Below, piece by piece: positions 47,838-58,773 of a stretch of 64,000 nt of DNA; within the stretch, counting starts at the first letter, position 1; every line of letters begins with the position of its first letter. Source of the stretch: Setoptus koraiensis (Eukaryota > Animalia > Arthropoda); the NCBI GenBank assembly GCA_048013815.1, contig CM106585.1:21576001-21640000 (forward strand), given 5' to 3'. The notes under the pieces are model-generated. The model saw only the letters and a program-made list of their open reading frames with translations. It ran no database searches and was not told the origin of the DNA. Position numbers and translations under genes: made by a program.

Positions 47838-49364
47838 ATGGCAGCGATCATATCGAGCCGATCGGCTATTAGATTTTTAGATCACAATTTTAGAATTCTC
47901 TCCTTTAGGTATCGCACCATGTCTTCATTCAGGATAGAGAAGGACACCATGGGCGAAGTAGAGGTCCCCTTGGCGAGGCTCTATGGTGCCCAGACTGAAA
48001 GATCTAAAAACAACTTTAAGATAGGTATTAAGGATGAGTCCGATCGATCTTGGGGTGGCGAAATCATGCCTAAAGCGGTTATCAAATCTATGGCGATGGT
48101 AAAGAAAGCATGCGCTATCGTCAACAAGGACCTAGGTTTTCTACCCGAAAACATCTCTAATGCCATTATAACTGCTGCTGATGAAATCATCAATGAATCG
48201 ATACCAGAGACAAGTTTGTCTGAAGAATTCCCTCTTGTCATTTGGCAGACAGGTAGTGGTACCCAAACGAATATGAACGTAAATGAAGTTATAGCCAATC
48301 GTGCATCCGAGCTTCTTGGCGGAAAAAGAGGAGAAAAATCCATCATTCATCCAAACGATCACGTCAACAAATCTCAATCTAGTAATGACACGTTTCCTAC
48401 CGGTATGCACATAGCTGCTGTACTGGAGGTCAACAATAGGCTTCTACCATCACTACAAAAATTACACGAGGCCCTACGCGCTAAAGAACAAGAATTTTCT
48501 GATATTATTAAAATCGGAAGAACTCATCTTCAGGATGCAACTCCATTGACACTTGGGCAAGAATTTTCAGGCTATGCTCAGCAAATCCAAAACGGCATCA
48601 ACCGTGTCAATTCAGCTCTTGAACCAAGAATGCTTGAGTTAGCCCTGGGTGGTACTGCTGTAGGAACTGGATTGAATACTGTAAGAGGCTGGGATGTGAA
48701 AGTGGCAAATGCCGTGGCTCAAGTAACTGGCCTTCCTTTCAAAACTGCAATTAACAAATTTGAAAGTCTGGCGGCTCATGATGCCTGTTTAGAACTAAGC
48801 GGCGCTCTCAACGTTCTAGCTGCATCTTGTATGAAAATTGCGAACGATATACGCTTTCTAGCGAGTGGACCTAGATGCGGTCTCGGAGAGATATCGTTAC
48901 CTGAGAATGAGCCTGGTTCTTCAATAATGCCTGGCAAAGTTAACCCAACGCAATGTGAGGCCTTGACAATGGTAGCTGCCCAAGTAATGGGAAATCATGT
49001 GGCAGTAACCATAGGCGCAGCTCAAGGGCATTTTGAACTTAACGTTTTCAAGCCAATGATAATTTCCAATGTTCTCCGATCGACCATACTAATCGCTGAT
49101 GCCTGCTCATCTTTTAGAAAGAATTGCTTGGAAGGAATAGTTGTCAATAGGGAAAGAGTGAACCAACTTCGCGACCAGAGCCTAATGTTAGTCACAGCAC
49201 TCAACCCTACAATTGGTTACGAGAATGCCGCTAAAATAGCCAAGGCGGCGCACAAGTCAGGCGGTACTTTGAGAGAAACTGCAATAGAGTTAGGTCTGAT
49301 GACTGGTGAGGAGTTCGATAAGAATGTGAAACCAGAGAAGATGATAGGACCAAAGGATTCTTAA
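47838..49364 (+). CDS. FH: Fumarate hydratase class II, mitochondrial
   Basis: [32 protein letters not shown] and the signature [15 protein letters not shown]. Arg/Ser-rich 27-aa presequence before the second Met at 47919. Confidence 0.98.
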   Translation: MAAIISSRSAIRFLDHNFRILSFRYRTMSSFRIEKDTMGEVEVPLARLYGAQTERSKNNFKIGIKDESDRSWGGEIMPKAVIKSMAMVKKACAIVNKDLGFLPENISNAIITAADEIINESIPETSLSEEFPLVIWQTGSGTQTNMNVNEVIANRASELLGGKRGEKSIIHPNDHVNKSQSSNDTFPTGMHIAAVLEVNNRLLPSLQKLHEALRAKEQEFSDIIKIGRTHLQDATPLTLGQEFSGYAQQIQNGINRVNSALEPRMLELALGGTAVGTGLNTVRGWDVKVANAVAQVTGLPFKTAINKFESLAAHDACLELSGALNVLAASCMKIANDIRFLASGPRCGLGEISLPENEPGSSIMPGKVNPTQCEALTMVAAQVMGNHVAVTIGAAQGHFELNVFKPMIISNVLRSTILIADACSSFRKNCLEGIVVNRERVNQLRDQSLMLVTALNPTIGYENAAKIAKAAHKSGGTLRETAIELGLMTGEEFDKNVKPEKMIGPKDS

Positions 49365-49625
49365 GATTTTTCAATAGTGTGTGATGAATTCATCAATGAT
49401 TATTAAATCATCTAGCTTTTAATGTTGAATAATAACAACAATTTTCTTGATTATATAAATAATAATGCTAATTTTAAGTTCGAAAGTTTATACTCGTCGA
49501 ACATAATGACTAAAACTTATAAAGACTTGGAAATGAAAAGGAAGGGGTTATAAAGTAGTAACTGTTTTTGCGTTCTTTGCTAGTGGTCTTTGATACATAA
49601 AGAATGATTAAGTCTATGGCACCAC

Positions 49626-49862
49626 CTAAGTTGTATGATATCTCTTCATTAGGGTGAGAGTGGCGTTATTTAACTGTGGTCCAAATAGTGGATTCATTTG
49701 GGATAAATAGGCGCAGAGCCATATCAGATAACAACAAATAGCGGTCATGGACAATCCTGTCTGGATGACACCCTGATTAGGTCCTTTGGGTACGAAAAAT
49801 CTCAGAACGATACCCACAACGCCCCAAAGAACTGTGAAAAATATCCATGATAAAGCTCCCAT
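49626..49862 (-). CDS. ATP6V0E: V-type proton ATPase subunit e
   Basis: 78 aa with two TM helices; [11 protein letters not shown]...[25 protein letters not shown]. Confidence 0.93.
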   Translation of the reverse strand: MGALSWIFFTVLWGVVGIVLRFFVPKGPNQGVIQTGLSMTAICCYLIWLCAYLSQMNPLFGPQLNNATLTLMKRYHTT

Positions 49863-50097
49863 CTTTTTCTTCTATTATAATAATAATGGTGTGTTCAGGT
49901 TATATGTAATGTATAGTTGTATGATAATATTTAATTTTTAAGCAATTATATAAGAGGATAATCAGCTCCAGCTGTTACCTTTGTGGATTAAATCAAGGAG
50001 ATGTAGGACTTATAGAGTCAGCCATTAGTTGACAATGATTGAAATATATGTACCATGTTAGTTTTTTCCAATGATTTCTCGGTCACTTTTTTTCCTC

Positions 50098-50120
50098 CGC
50101 CAGGGGCGCATAGAGCGCAT
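50098..50120. promoter_or_regulatory. GC-rich promoter-proximal motif (copy 2, upstream of V-ATPase e)
   Basis: CGCCAGGGGCGCATAGAGCGCAT, 236 bp upstream of the ATG at 49862. An inverted core CCCTGGCGGA lies at 50266-50275. Confidence 0.55.
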
Positions 50121-50987
50121 TAAAGTGCGTAACAAATTCTAGGGTGCTTCGTGTAATGTTTATTTATTTTGATTTACTGAGCATACATGGGAGCGAGATG
50201 CTGCAACCGCTTTTGATAATATCAATTTGATGTTCTGGTACCCATAAGCTGAATCAAGTGCGCCGCCCTGGCGGATTTAAGAAAAAGCGACCGGAAAGCT
50301 ATTGAAAAAAACGCACACAGTACAAAACACTGATGAAGGCGCAAGCACAAATACATCCATTGTGAGAAATGCATTGAGAATGCTACATTGCGCAGCAGCA
50401 TATCTGTGCATGTACTTTGTGTTTTGCCAGAGTAATCACGTTAATTCAAAGAAAGGTCGCTTGGTGACGCTTCGCCATATCATTATAGCAGTATGTAGTT
50501 GCACAGAGGTCTCGTGCTAAAGTTGATGATACACAATATGTAAAACACAACACAATAATTGTTCAACATTTAACAAGACACTTGTTAGCTAGTCCCATAC
50601 GCCTCTGAGCTTGTAAAGCGTCCTCAAGCGGAGTTTTTTCAAGCTCGAACTGTGTTGATAATACACTCAAGGTACAATCACATAGCACAGTATGATTACT
50701 AATAGTAATAGTAGTATCGTAATGTTAGTAGTGGTAATAGTAATAGTAGAATATTTCATATATTATTAGTGTTGCAATAACTATATGCAGGGTGTAACAA
50801 TCTATTTAAAGCATCCATAAATTATTATAATATTAATATAATTAATGTTATATAATATTATCAATATAATATAATTAATTATTGCCGCACTATTATCAAA
50901 TATTATTATTTCTTAGTAGAGAAATATTCAAAGGACTAGAAAAAGAAGAAAGTAATTAACCATTTGGTGTCATTTTACCTTGAATCA

Positions 50988-51800
50988 ATGAATATGAATC
51001 CCGAGTATGACTACCTATTCAAATTATTATTGATTGGAGATTCTGGTGTAGGTAAAAGCTGCCTACTGCTCAGATTTGCCGATGATACTTACACAGAGTC
51101 TTACATTTCCACCATTGGCGTTGATTTCAAAATACGCACTATTGAATTGGATGGCAAAACTATAAAGCTACAAATTTGGGATACAGCAGGCCAGGAGAGA
51201 TTCAGGACCATCACATCGTCATATTATCGAGGCGCTCACGGTATAATTGTCGTCTATGATGTGACTGATTTAGATTCATTTAATAATGTTAAGCAATGGC
51301 TACATGAAATTGATCGTTACGCCTGCGATAATGTCAACAAATTACTAGTTGGAAACAAATGTGACATGTCAGCTAGAAAGGTTGTAGACTACAACACAGC
51401 TAAAGAGTTTGCTGAGCAACTCGGTAAGTTATCTATGTCAACTAAATATTCGCGAGAAATTTGTATATATTAATCATTATAGTGGACAATTAATAGACTC
51501 TATTTAGTCTTTGTTTATGGAAATAATTCGAGTTTAATATTGATTCGAAAATATTGATATCATCTTCTCATCTTCTGATCATATCATGTAAATCTTGTAT
51601 GTATGTATATAGGTATTCCCTTCCTTGAAACATCAGCTAGAACATCAACAAATGTGGAACAGGCATTCTTGACTATGGCCGCTGAAATAAAGAATCGAGT
51701 TGGCCCAGTTGGAGCCGCAGGCGGTCCCTCGTCGGGCCAAGCAGACCGAATAAATCCGTCATCAACTCCAATTAAGTCGCAGTCGTCGGGTTGCTGTTAA
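50988..51800 (+). CDS. RAB1: Ras-related protein Rab1, 2 exons, 207 aa
   Basis: [38 protein letters not shown]. Exon 1 50988-51423 (G|GTAAGT), intron 51424-51612, exon 2 51613-51800 (G/IPFLETSA...SSGCC*). C-terminal CC prenylation motif. Confidence 0.97.
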
Positions 51801-51831
51801 AAATCTAATCATGCACATTCAAGATGACATT

Positions 51832-52582
51832 CTAGTTGAATTTACACTTGGAGAAGTCCATCTCGGGATGCTGCTCCATGAACCTAATATTATCAATTAA
51901 TATATAAAAAAAATTTATATCATAATAAGTAACTTGAATAAATATTGGAGAATGAATTTGTAACACTTTGGTAACCAGCACAATCTTTCATTCCCAGTGC
52001 CAATCAAGTCTACGATTTAGCTCTTTTTACTCAGTTAATCAGAATACCTATAACTCTTACAGATACATGTTGATCAGTGTAGGGCGGATGTCGGTTCTAG
52101 AAAAAAAAAATGAGTACTTACTTCTTCAAGGTCTCTTGTTTCTTTTGTTCATCCGAAGTTGGTTTACCCATCTCTCTTTGACGCTGATCATACATCATTT
52201 TTTCTACCATAGCTCTGGTCTCGCCCTCTAGATCGCTTAATTTTGAAGAATCCGGGTTGATTTTTTTTGTGTCAATTTCTGGGTCAGTGGTGATAATCTT
52301 TGGCCACCATTCCATGGTATTGATCTTAAACAGAGTTATTGAGACCAGACCTTTATCAATTGTCCAGGAACTTTCGGCAGGCTTTATTTCGCCGTACAAC
52401 TCACCACTGATTACTGGTTCTTGGCCTTTTATGCCCACCGTCAGACCATTCTTCGTTATTTTAACATCCAAATCACGAGATTTTGTTGTGGGTGGAAATG
52501 GAATCTCTATCTCTAGCTCACTCAACTGTTGACTAAATTTATATTTCTCATAATCTCCTCCGTGTCCCTTGTTCGGTTCCAT
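51832..52582 (-). CDS. NUDC: Nuclear migration protein NudC (CS/p23 domain plus C-terminal domain only), 2 exons, 170 aa
   Basis: Exon 1 52582-52122 (PNKGHGG...WTID...EWWPKI...SKLSDLEGETRAMVEKMMYDQRQ), donor AA|GTAAGT, acceptor TTAG|G at 51884. Exon 2 51883-51832 encodes FMEQHPEMDFSKCKFN*, the canonical NudC C-terminus, which the ORF track misses. Confidence 0.93.
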
Positions 52583-52798
52583 ATTGTAGAGTTTTCGAAA
52601 ATGGTTATCAAGTAGACTGTATTGAAAGTTTAATCAAGAGGCGTTGAAAGTATAATCAAGAGATGTTGAGGGATTGATGTACAAACAATAATGATTTTTG
52701 TATTGTTATTCGAAACGTGCATCGTTTCACGTTGTATCCACAGCAACTGCTTCTATACCATGAAAATGCGCTATGGAGCTGTGCCTAGTTTTAAAAAT

Positions 52799-52806
52799 TT
52801 TCGCGC
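52799..52806. promoter_or_regulatory. E2F-type site TTTCGCGC upstream of NudC
   Basis: Exact TTTSSCGC match about 220 bp upstream of the NudC ATG; occupancy is not shown. Confidence 0.35.
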
Positions 52807-52959
52807 GAGTCCATTGTGGATATTCAACGATGAACAATAATCGCGATACAAAATAAGAAATAACAAGAATATGATTTACCTTTTTATATAATTTATTAAA
52901 TTATCTTTTTTAATCAATAAAATATGTCCTTTTAGGCCGCACTTCTGGTCTGGAATGTA

Positions 52960-54117
52960 TCATAGATCCTTCATTTGTGCCATCAGCTCATCAATAGATT
53001 GAGAAGGCTCTTCTACAACATTGTCATCAACGACATCATCGCCTTTATTGCACGTTTCTTGTGGTTTTATATAGGCATACTGTAAACCCTTGGTAACATT
53101 GAAAGATTTTTCATCCTCTTCATGAGATTCAACTATTTCAATACCCCATTCATTTGGCTCTATTTTATCAACTGATTTTGGCTCTTCTTTGATTTCCGCT
53201 GGCTTCAACATGGCTGAATCCTTTTGCTTCTTGGTATACTCTGCTTGACGCTCTAGGCAAAATCTGTCACTACAACCAGGATTCGGTTTCATGGCCCATG
53301 TCGGGAAAAAGTCCTCCAAAGCATTGTATCCAAGATAGGGAGTTACCTTTCCGAATTTCAAAAGATATTTGAGAGAATTTTGAACAAGTAAACCAGCCAC
53401 TATGGCCATTGTGGTTGGCAAACTAGCGGCACAAACTCCTTCTTTTTTCAGAGTTCTCTCATCAATGTTGGAGGCAACAACAAGGGGCGGAGCACAAGCA
53501 AAACAAGCGGTTTCGCCGGGTTTCAAAAGTTGAATATGTCCTGAAACAGCATTCTCGCTAACGCCTGATTCCATCCAAATCTGTCCGAGTTCGTTGCATG
53601 CTCTATTGATAGTCATTCTTGCCTCAAAATTGTCTACGCAGCTTAGAACTAAATCAACGCTTGATAATTGTTCGTCATTGCTATCACTAGTGGATAGTTT
53701 AGCACCATGCTGTATTCTGTCTAGTAGATGAACGTAATTGTCCACCTTTGTCACATCATAATTGTAAAATTCAAATTCCACATCAGGATTGATAAAAGAG
53801 AGAGTCTTCACTGCAGCTTCCACCTTAGACATGCCTTGCTGATGTGGCTGATAAAATAGACGATTCATGTTGGCCAGTTCCACCTTATCATAGTCGTAGA
53901 GAATCAATTTACCGATGCCGCAACGAGTCAGCATTTCTGCGGCGACAGATCCAACACCGCCAACGCCAACGATAATAACTGTAAATTGTCTGATGTTTTC
54001 ATAATTTTCCACGATTGCCATACGTTTTAGAGCCATCAATCTTGAGTAGGGATTGGTGTCCACCACTTCATCGCTCATATTGGCTATTCTAGATCGATTG
54101 GGTTGCTGATTATCCAT
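52960..54117 (-). CDS. UBA5: Ubiquitin-like modifier-activating enzyme 5 (UFM1 E1)
   Basis: [63 protein letters not shown] and C-terminal [12 protein letters not shown]. Intronless. Confidence 0.97.
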   Translation of the reverse strand: MDNQQPNRSRIANMSDEVVDTNPYSRLMALKRMAIVENYENIRQFTVIIVGVGGVGSVAAEMLTRCGIGKLILYDYDKVELANMNRLFYQPHQQGMSKVEAAVKTLSFINPDVEFEFYNYDVTKVDNYVHLLDRIQHGAKLSTSDSNDEQLSSVDLVLSCVDNFEARMTINRACNELGQIWMESGVSENAVSGHIQLLKPGETACFACAPPLVVASNIDERTLKKEGVCAASLPTTMAIVAGLLVQNSLKYLLKFGKVTPYLGYNALEDFFPTWAMKPNPGCSDRFCLERQAEYTKKQKDSAMLKPAEIKEEPKSVDKIEPNEWGIEIVESHEEDEKSFNVTKGLQYAYIKPQETCNKGDDVVDDNVVEEPSQSIDELMAQMKDL

Positions 54118-54340
54118 TTTATCGCCCTATTTTAGAACTATGATGGATGAGTTATAATGATAAGGATGAAATATTTAGATACTAAAGATACCTGTTGGAT
54201 CTATGGCTAGTGCAATAATAATTTAACAATATGATGACAGCTCATGCGACTAATATCGTGTCCATTGTGCAGCTGCTGTATGCACTGTATATGCTGAATT
54301 ATGCAGTACGTTAGTAGCTCTATCAGGTAGGAGTTTGGAA

Positions 54341-54353
54341 CGCCCCTGGCGGA
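54341..54353. promoter_or_regulatory. GC-rich promoter-proximal motif core (copy 3, upstream of UBA5, opposite orientation)
   Basis: Reverse complement TCCGCCAGGGGCG is identical to 50096-50108; lies 224 bp upstream of the UBA5 ATG. Confidence 0.5.
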
Positions 54354-55577
54354 TTATTTCAACATCTATGTTTACTTTCTTGAGAATGACGTAATCATTG
54401 AGAGTTCACCAATATTTCGAATTCTCGAAGATAATACGGTCTGCTAAATTTTTGATGAGCAAGAAAGCAAAATATGAAGCATGCCAGTGGTTAGAAAATT
54501 TCGGATTGGGGATGCGAGACAACTAGCAGAAAGGATCTACAACAGCATAAGGCTTTCTCGACCACTATAGATGGCATTTGAATGCGATTTATTTGTATAT
54601 TGTCTCGATGAAGCTTTTTGAAACCGTATGGACTGTTACTGTGTGATACTAATATTTATTCATCGGCACGTCGTGAACGACGCAGTTATCTGTTAGCCCG
54701 ACATGTTCTTACATGGTGCACATAAATGATAGACAAATAGAGATTCCTAGTATTATAGAGTTTCATTTCAATGTAAACCAATACACTTTAATTTAGACCG
54801 GACTCAACACAAGGGATCCCTGCGTATCCTCCTGACAGTCGGGAATTGTGGAAATTCAACTTCCGGAGACTTGCGAACATATGTAAGATTCATGAAGGTT
54901 CATTAGCATAGTAGCAACAACATGGGCGATGATTTTGTCATAAACAGGCGAACCTTCGACCAGGTGGGAGGCCCGGTTGGACGATCGAATAGGAACCACG
55001 CTCAATTTGGATATATTTGAGGAGGGTAGTGTGCACTGATGACCGAACGAGTATTCCGGAATTGCAGAAATTCTTCATTCCCGAGATACCTGAGATACCA
55101 CTCATTGAGTATTTTAGGGTGTTGGGATCAGGCTGAAATTGCCGGATATAAAAGATATAAGCTAGGTTTTTAGTCTCCGGTATGAAGATTGGCGAGACAA
55201 CCCGATCAACAGACAAGCGACCCTACTCATGAGCGACATTTCAGACGAGAGAAGGGCCGCTACTACGACGGGTTTCGCCCTCATCTCTCCACTCACATGA
55301 CTGCATTCCATACACGGGCATAGATGTAGAATCAGACTGTTTGCTGTGAACTTCCATCTCTGTCGTAAAATATCTCGACGACCGGAAGTTGAATTAGTCT
55401 CCAATCGACTGCATTGCACTCTGCGTGCTTGAGTTGAGCAGTATACTGAGTTTCAAGCGTGTATCTTTTAATCTTCTTGTAACCCGAACCGGAGTTTTCC
55501 GAAATCAGAGTGTGGTGCTGTTGGATACAATACCTAATTGTCATCAAATAGACAGATGCACACATAGGTGCTAACAA

Positions 55578-55725
55578 GGAACCCTACGTAGGTGTTGGAC
55601 TCCTTTTGGGCTATGCTTAGCCTATCTGTTCTCGGCTGGTCGAGCTGACAAGGAAACCTACTTAGGTGTTTGACTCCTTTCGGGTTGTACGTAGCCTGGC
55701 TGTTCTCGGCTGATCAAGCTGAAGA
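55578..55725. repeat. Two direct 74-bp repeats, about 81% identical
   Basis: 55578-55651 versus 55652-55725; 14 mismatches and no indels by manual alignment. Confidence 0.9.
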
Positions 55726-56035
55726 AGAATTCGCTATTCCTACGCCCTGTTTTTGTTTTGTTTTTGCAATAATCTAAGTAAAAATTAAATACTTCTGAGT
55801 GGCTCTTCCCTACAGTGAATGTCGCCAAGAGCACTGACTCGCCGAAAATTTGCGTATTCAGCAAAATTTAGGGAGGTTCCCTTGTCAGCACAAATACGCT
55901 AGTCATATACCCGTTTTTTGTCGTTTTTCTGCAATATTCACAGTAAAAATTAGTTTGTTTCTAACAATCTCTCACACCTTAGAAAGTTGTAGGTCTGAGT
56001 TTGCACCTCATCAAATAAGTCCCACCACCTCATGG

Positions 56036-56166
56036 TTTGCACGAACCAACCAAAAAATACCTGTTCGTTATTATCGAAGATATCTACGTATCTTGGAACA
56101 GCTCTGCTTGGATGACACGTGATATTCAGGATGAGATAATCACCAGAATCCGCCAAGCCAATCTAA
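56036..56166 (+). pseudogene. Possible decayed pogo/Tigger-type DDE transposase fragment
   Basis: A stop-bounded frame reads LHEPTKKYLFVIIEDIYVSWNSSAWMTRDIQDEII, resembling the N-x-x-AWMT-x-x-I motif of DDE_1 transposases. No TIRs or intact ORF seen. Confidence 0.3.
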
Positions 56167-57511
56167 GCTAGCTGGGGTATCGCCTGGTAGGGCGTCCCTC
56201 GAATCCAGGCAACCGCCAAGGGCGGTGTTTGATAATTTGGTATTTTTGATATTTCAGGTTTCGTTAATTCGTACCTTTTTCGTTGATTTGATTCTTTGTC
56301 GAACGAGTTCGCTGGCAAGAACACACGTTCGTTGAGGTGACACCAATTCATCGAAAAGCAGTGGCTTGTCAGAAACGATTTCTCGAAAATCGAAATATCA
56401 GCCTAATTCCCATGTCATCATATTCAGGATTGATAGCCTAGTCATGATGATCGCAAAAATTACGAAGATCGTGGGCTTGAGAATGGCATATTATTTAGCT
56501 CACAATCTGGAGAGTTCACGGAAGCTATAGGCGGGTGGATACGAGTGAACCACTAAAGAGGTTTACCATGTGAGTCACGTGGATAGATTATTATTCCGAC
56601 CTAATAGCAAATAAGAAGGATAATGCACTGTTGTTCTCTATTTTCGCTGCGATCTCTCTTGGCGATGAGTACTATCGCCGCAGAGTAATTACAGATACAA
56701 TTGTGAGGTGGTGTTCTGTGGCACAGAGTCTGTGCTAACAATGCGCCGCACGCGCTTTTTCCACCTGGTGGATAGAGCCATCACTAACTCGAATCTTGTA
56801 AGAAGAGGAGAACTGCGCCAAAATGAAGAATAATAAAACCATTGTGGTGTTAGATGCTTTCATAAGAAGCTGCAGAGCCATCAACTGGTTAAACACCTAT
56901 AGATTCTATTGGCTTCGAAAAGTGTAAATCTTATACACCCACGGCACAATTGATGGCACACTAGAGGCATCGTGTGCCCAATAAAAACAGATTACTGCTA
57001 TATGCTGCATGGGCTCACTAAACAACAGTTATGATCGCCAGCTACTTCTAATATATTATACCATATATACATATAAATATATGTATATATGGTATATATA
57101 AATATATATAGATATAAATTCATATATGCTGATATGTATATCTATACAATATACAATGCACCATATACAACCCTGAATAAATCAATGATAAATATCCAGA
57201 TATTTACATGAAATATTTATACAGACATACAATTTATTATATAAAGGACGAGAAAAAAAATAAGAAAAGAAAACTAGATCAGATTGTGTACACGAGAAGA
57301 CACGCACAATCTCACACAAGAGAAGATATGAGAGAGAAAGAGAGAGGGGTCACATACATACTTATCAGTTGTAAAACATGAACGATATATTCAGGATACC
57401 TCGTTATTATTCTATTATTGTCTTATCGATCTCACAACACATATTATTATTATCGTTATCATTATTATTACTATTGTTATTTTCATAATCTTCGTGAACA
57501 TACTTAGTGAC

Positions 57512-58666
57512 ATGAAAGTTCCATGGTTCATTAGAAAAGTCTTCCAAGGATCATTTGGAACGCACAGTAGAAGCAATAGCACTGACTCAACTGCCTCAAC
57601 TAATTCGCAACAACAAAACAGTACCAATACCGAGGATCACCAAAACAAGCACACCAACAACTCGCATTTGACTTACTCAACAAACCCCTCACAAGGCCAA
57701 CCCCAAAATCAGATGACTCTAGCCACTGCAACAAATCAAGAGGCTTTGCAATACTCCTGCCCTGTAACACATTTTGTTGGTAGTCTATTTCGATTGCATA
57801 GTCTGGCCGAGTTTGACATGCTTGCGGAAACTGTTTTGGCCAATCGTCGGGACAAATTAGAACAACTGGTACTCAATAGATACAATAAAACCCAGGATGA
57901 GCTCTCGATAGCGTTATCGTTTGCCAAAATTGTATCCAATTCACAGATGGATGAACTAGCTAGAGTATTTATCACATTGCTAGACTCCAAACAATTACTA
58001 ACTACATTCCTACAGAATATGTTCTACAAGGAAGTTGAAAATTCAGATTGTATGCAGACACTATTCAGAGGCAACAGCCTTGCCAGCAGAGTCATGTCTC
58101 ATTGCTTCAGGATATTTGGTGCCAATTACCTCAAAGCACTCTTAAGGCCGCACATCGAACCACTCACTTTCGAATCAGCATCGAATATGAATAACATTTC
58201 GTATGAAATAGATTCCGCGCGTTTTATCGAAACTGATGCAGACATCGAAGAGAACCGTAGAAACTTATTAACGCTAACTGAGCAAGTTCTTTATTCTATA
58301 TTGAGCTCAGCGTCAGAATTCCCACCACAACTTAAATCTATGTGCATATGCCTTCATCAAGTATTATGCAAAAAATACCCCCATGCAACTAACAATCTCA
58401 TAGCCGTTGGCACTGTGATATTTTTACGTTTCATTAACCCTGCTATAGTTTCGCCTTATGAATCTAGCATTGTTGACAAACAACCCTCACAAAAGAATCT
58501 TAGAGGACTCATGCTCGTTTCAAAGATTTTACAAAATATAGCTAACAACGTAGAGTTTGGCAAAGAAGGACACATGTTACCATTCAACGATTTTGTTAGG
58601 AATCATTTCGAACCACTAAGAGCATGGGTCTCCGAAATTATCACAGAAAGACTGGTCGAGAGTTAA
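57512..58666 (+). CDS. NF1: Neurofibromin (NF1)-type RasGAP, GAP-related domain only, 384 aa
   Basis: EFDMLAETVLA, DELARVFITLLDS, arginine-finger motif QTLFRGNSLAS, SEFPPQLKSMC, the FLR motif FLRFINPAIVSPYE, GLMLVSKILQNIAN, EGHMLPFNDFV; these match the NF1 GRD rather than other RasGAPs. First ATG at 57512 (the track starts at a GTG at 57494). Stop immediately after the domain. Confidence 0.88.
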   Translation: MKVPWFIRKVFQGSFGTHSRSNSTDSTASTNSQQQNSTNTEDHQNKHTNNSHLTYSTNPSQGQPQNQMTLATATNQEALQYSCPVTHFVGSLFRLHSLAEFDMLAETVLANRRDKLEQLVLNRYNKTQDELSIALSFAKIVSNSQMDELARVFITLLDSKQLLTTFLQNMFYKEVENSDCMQTLFRGNSLASRVMSHCFRIFGANYLKALLRPHIEPLTFESASNMNNISYEIDSARFIETDADIEENRRNLLTLTEQVLYSILSSASEFPPQLKSMCICLHQVLCKKYPHATNNLIAVGTVIFLRFINPAIVSPYESSIVDKQPSQKNLRGLMLVSKILQNIANNVEFGKEGHMLPFNDFVRNHFEPLRAWVSEIITERLVES

Positions 58667-58773
58667 ACTTATTTACTAACGTTAAATAGAAAATAAAGCC
58701 TTATGAACAGCGTTCGTCACTAATAGGAAATTTAATTAGTAAAGAATGAAGAGGGAATGTCTCTGCAAATATT

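Noticed and set aside
50964-50987. ORF-track start of Rab1 at 50964 and of NF1-like at 57494
   Set aside because: Both are non-ATG starts; the first ATGs at 50988 and 57512 fit eukaryotic initiation, and 50988 matches the conserved Rab1 N-terminus.
55578-55725. CRISPR-like or ribozyme interpretation of the direct repeats
   Set aside because: Eukaryotic context, only two abutting units with no spacers, and no CUGAUGA/GAAA hammerhead core.
57061-57092. 15-bp perfect inverted repeat CCATATATACATATA-AA-TATATGTATATATGG
   Set aside because: Low-complexity TA sequence forms such palindromes readily.
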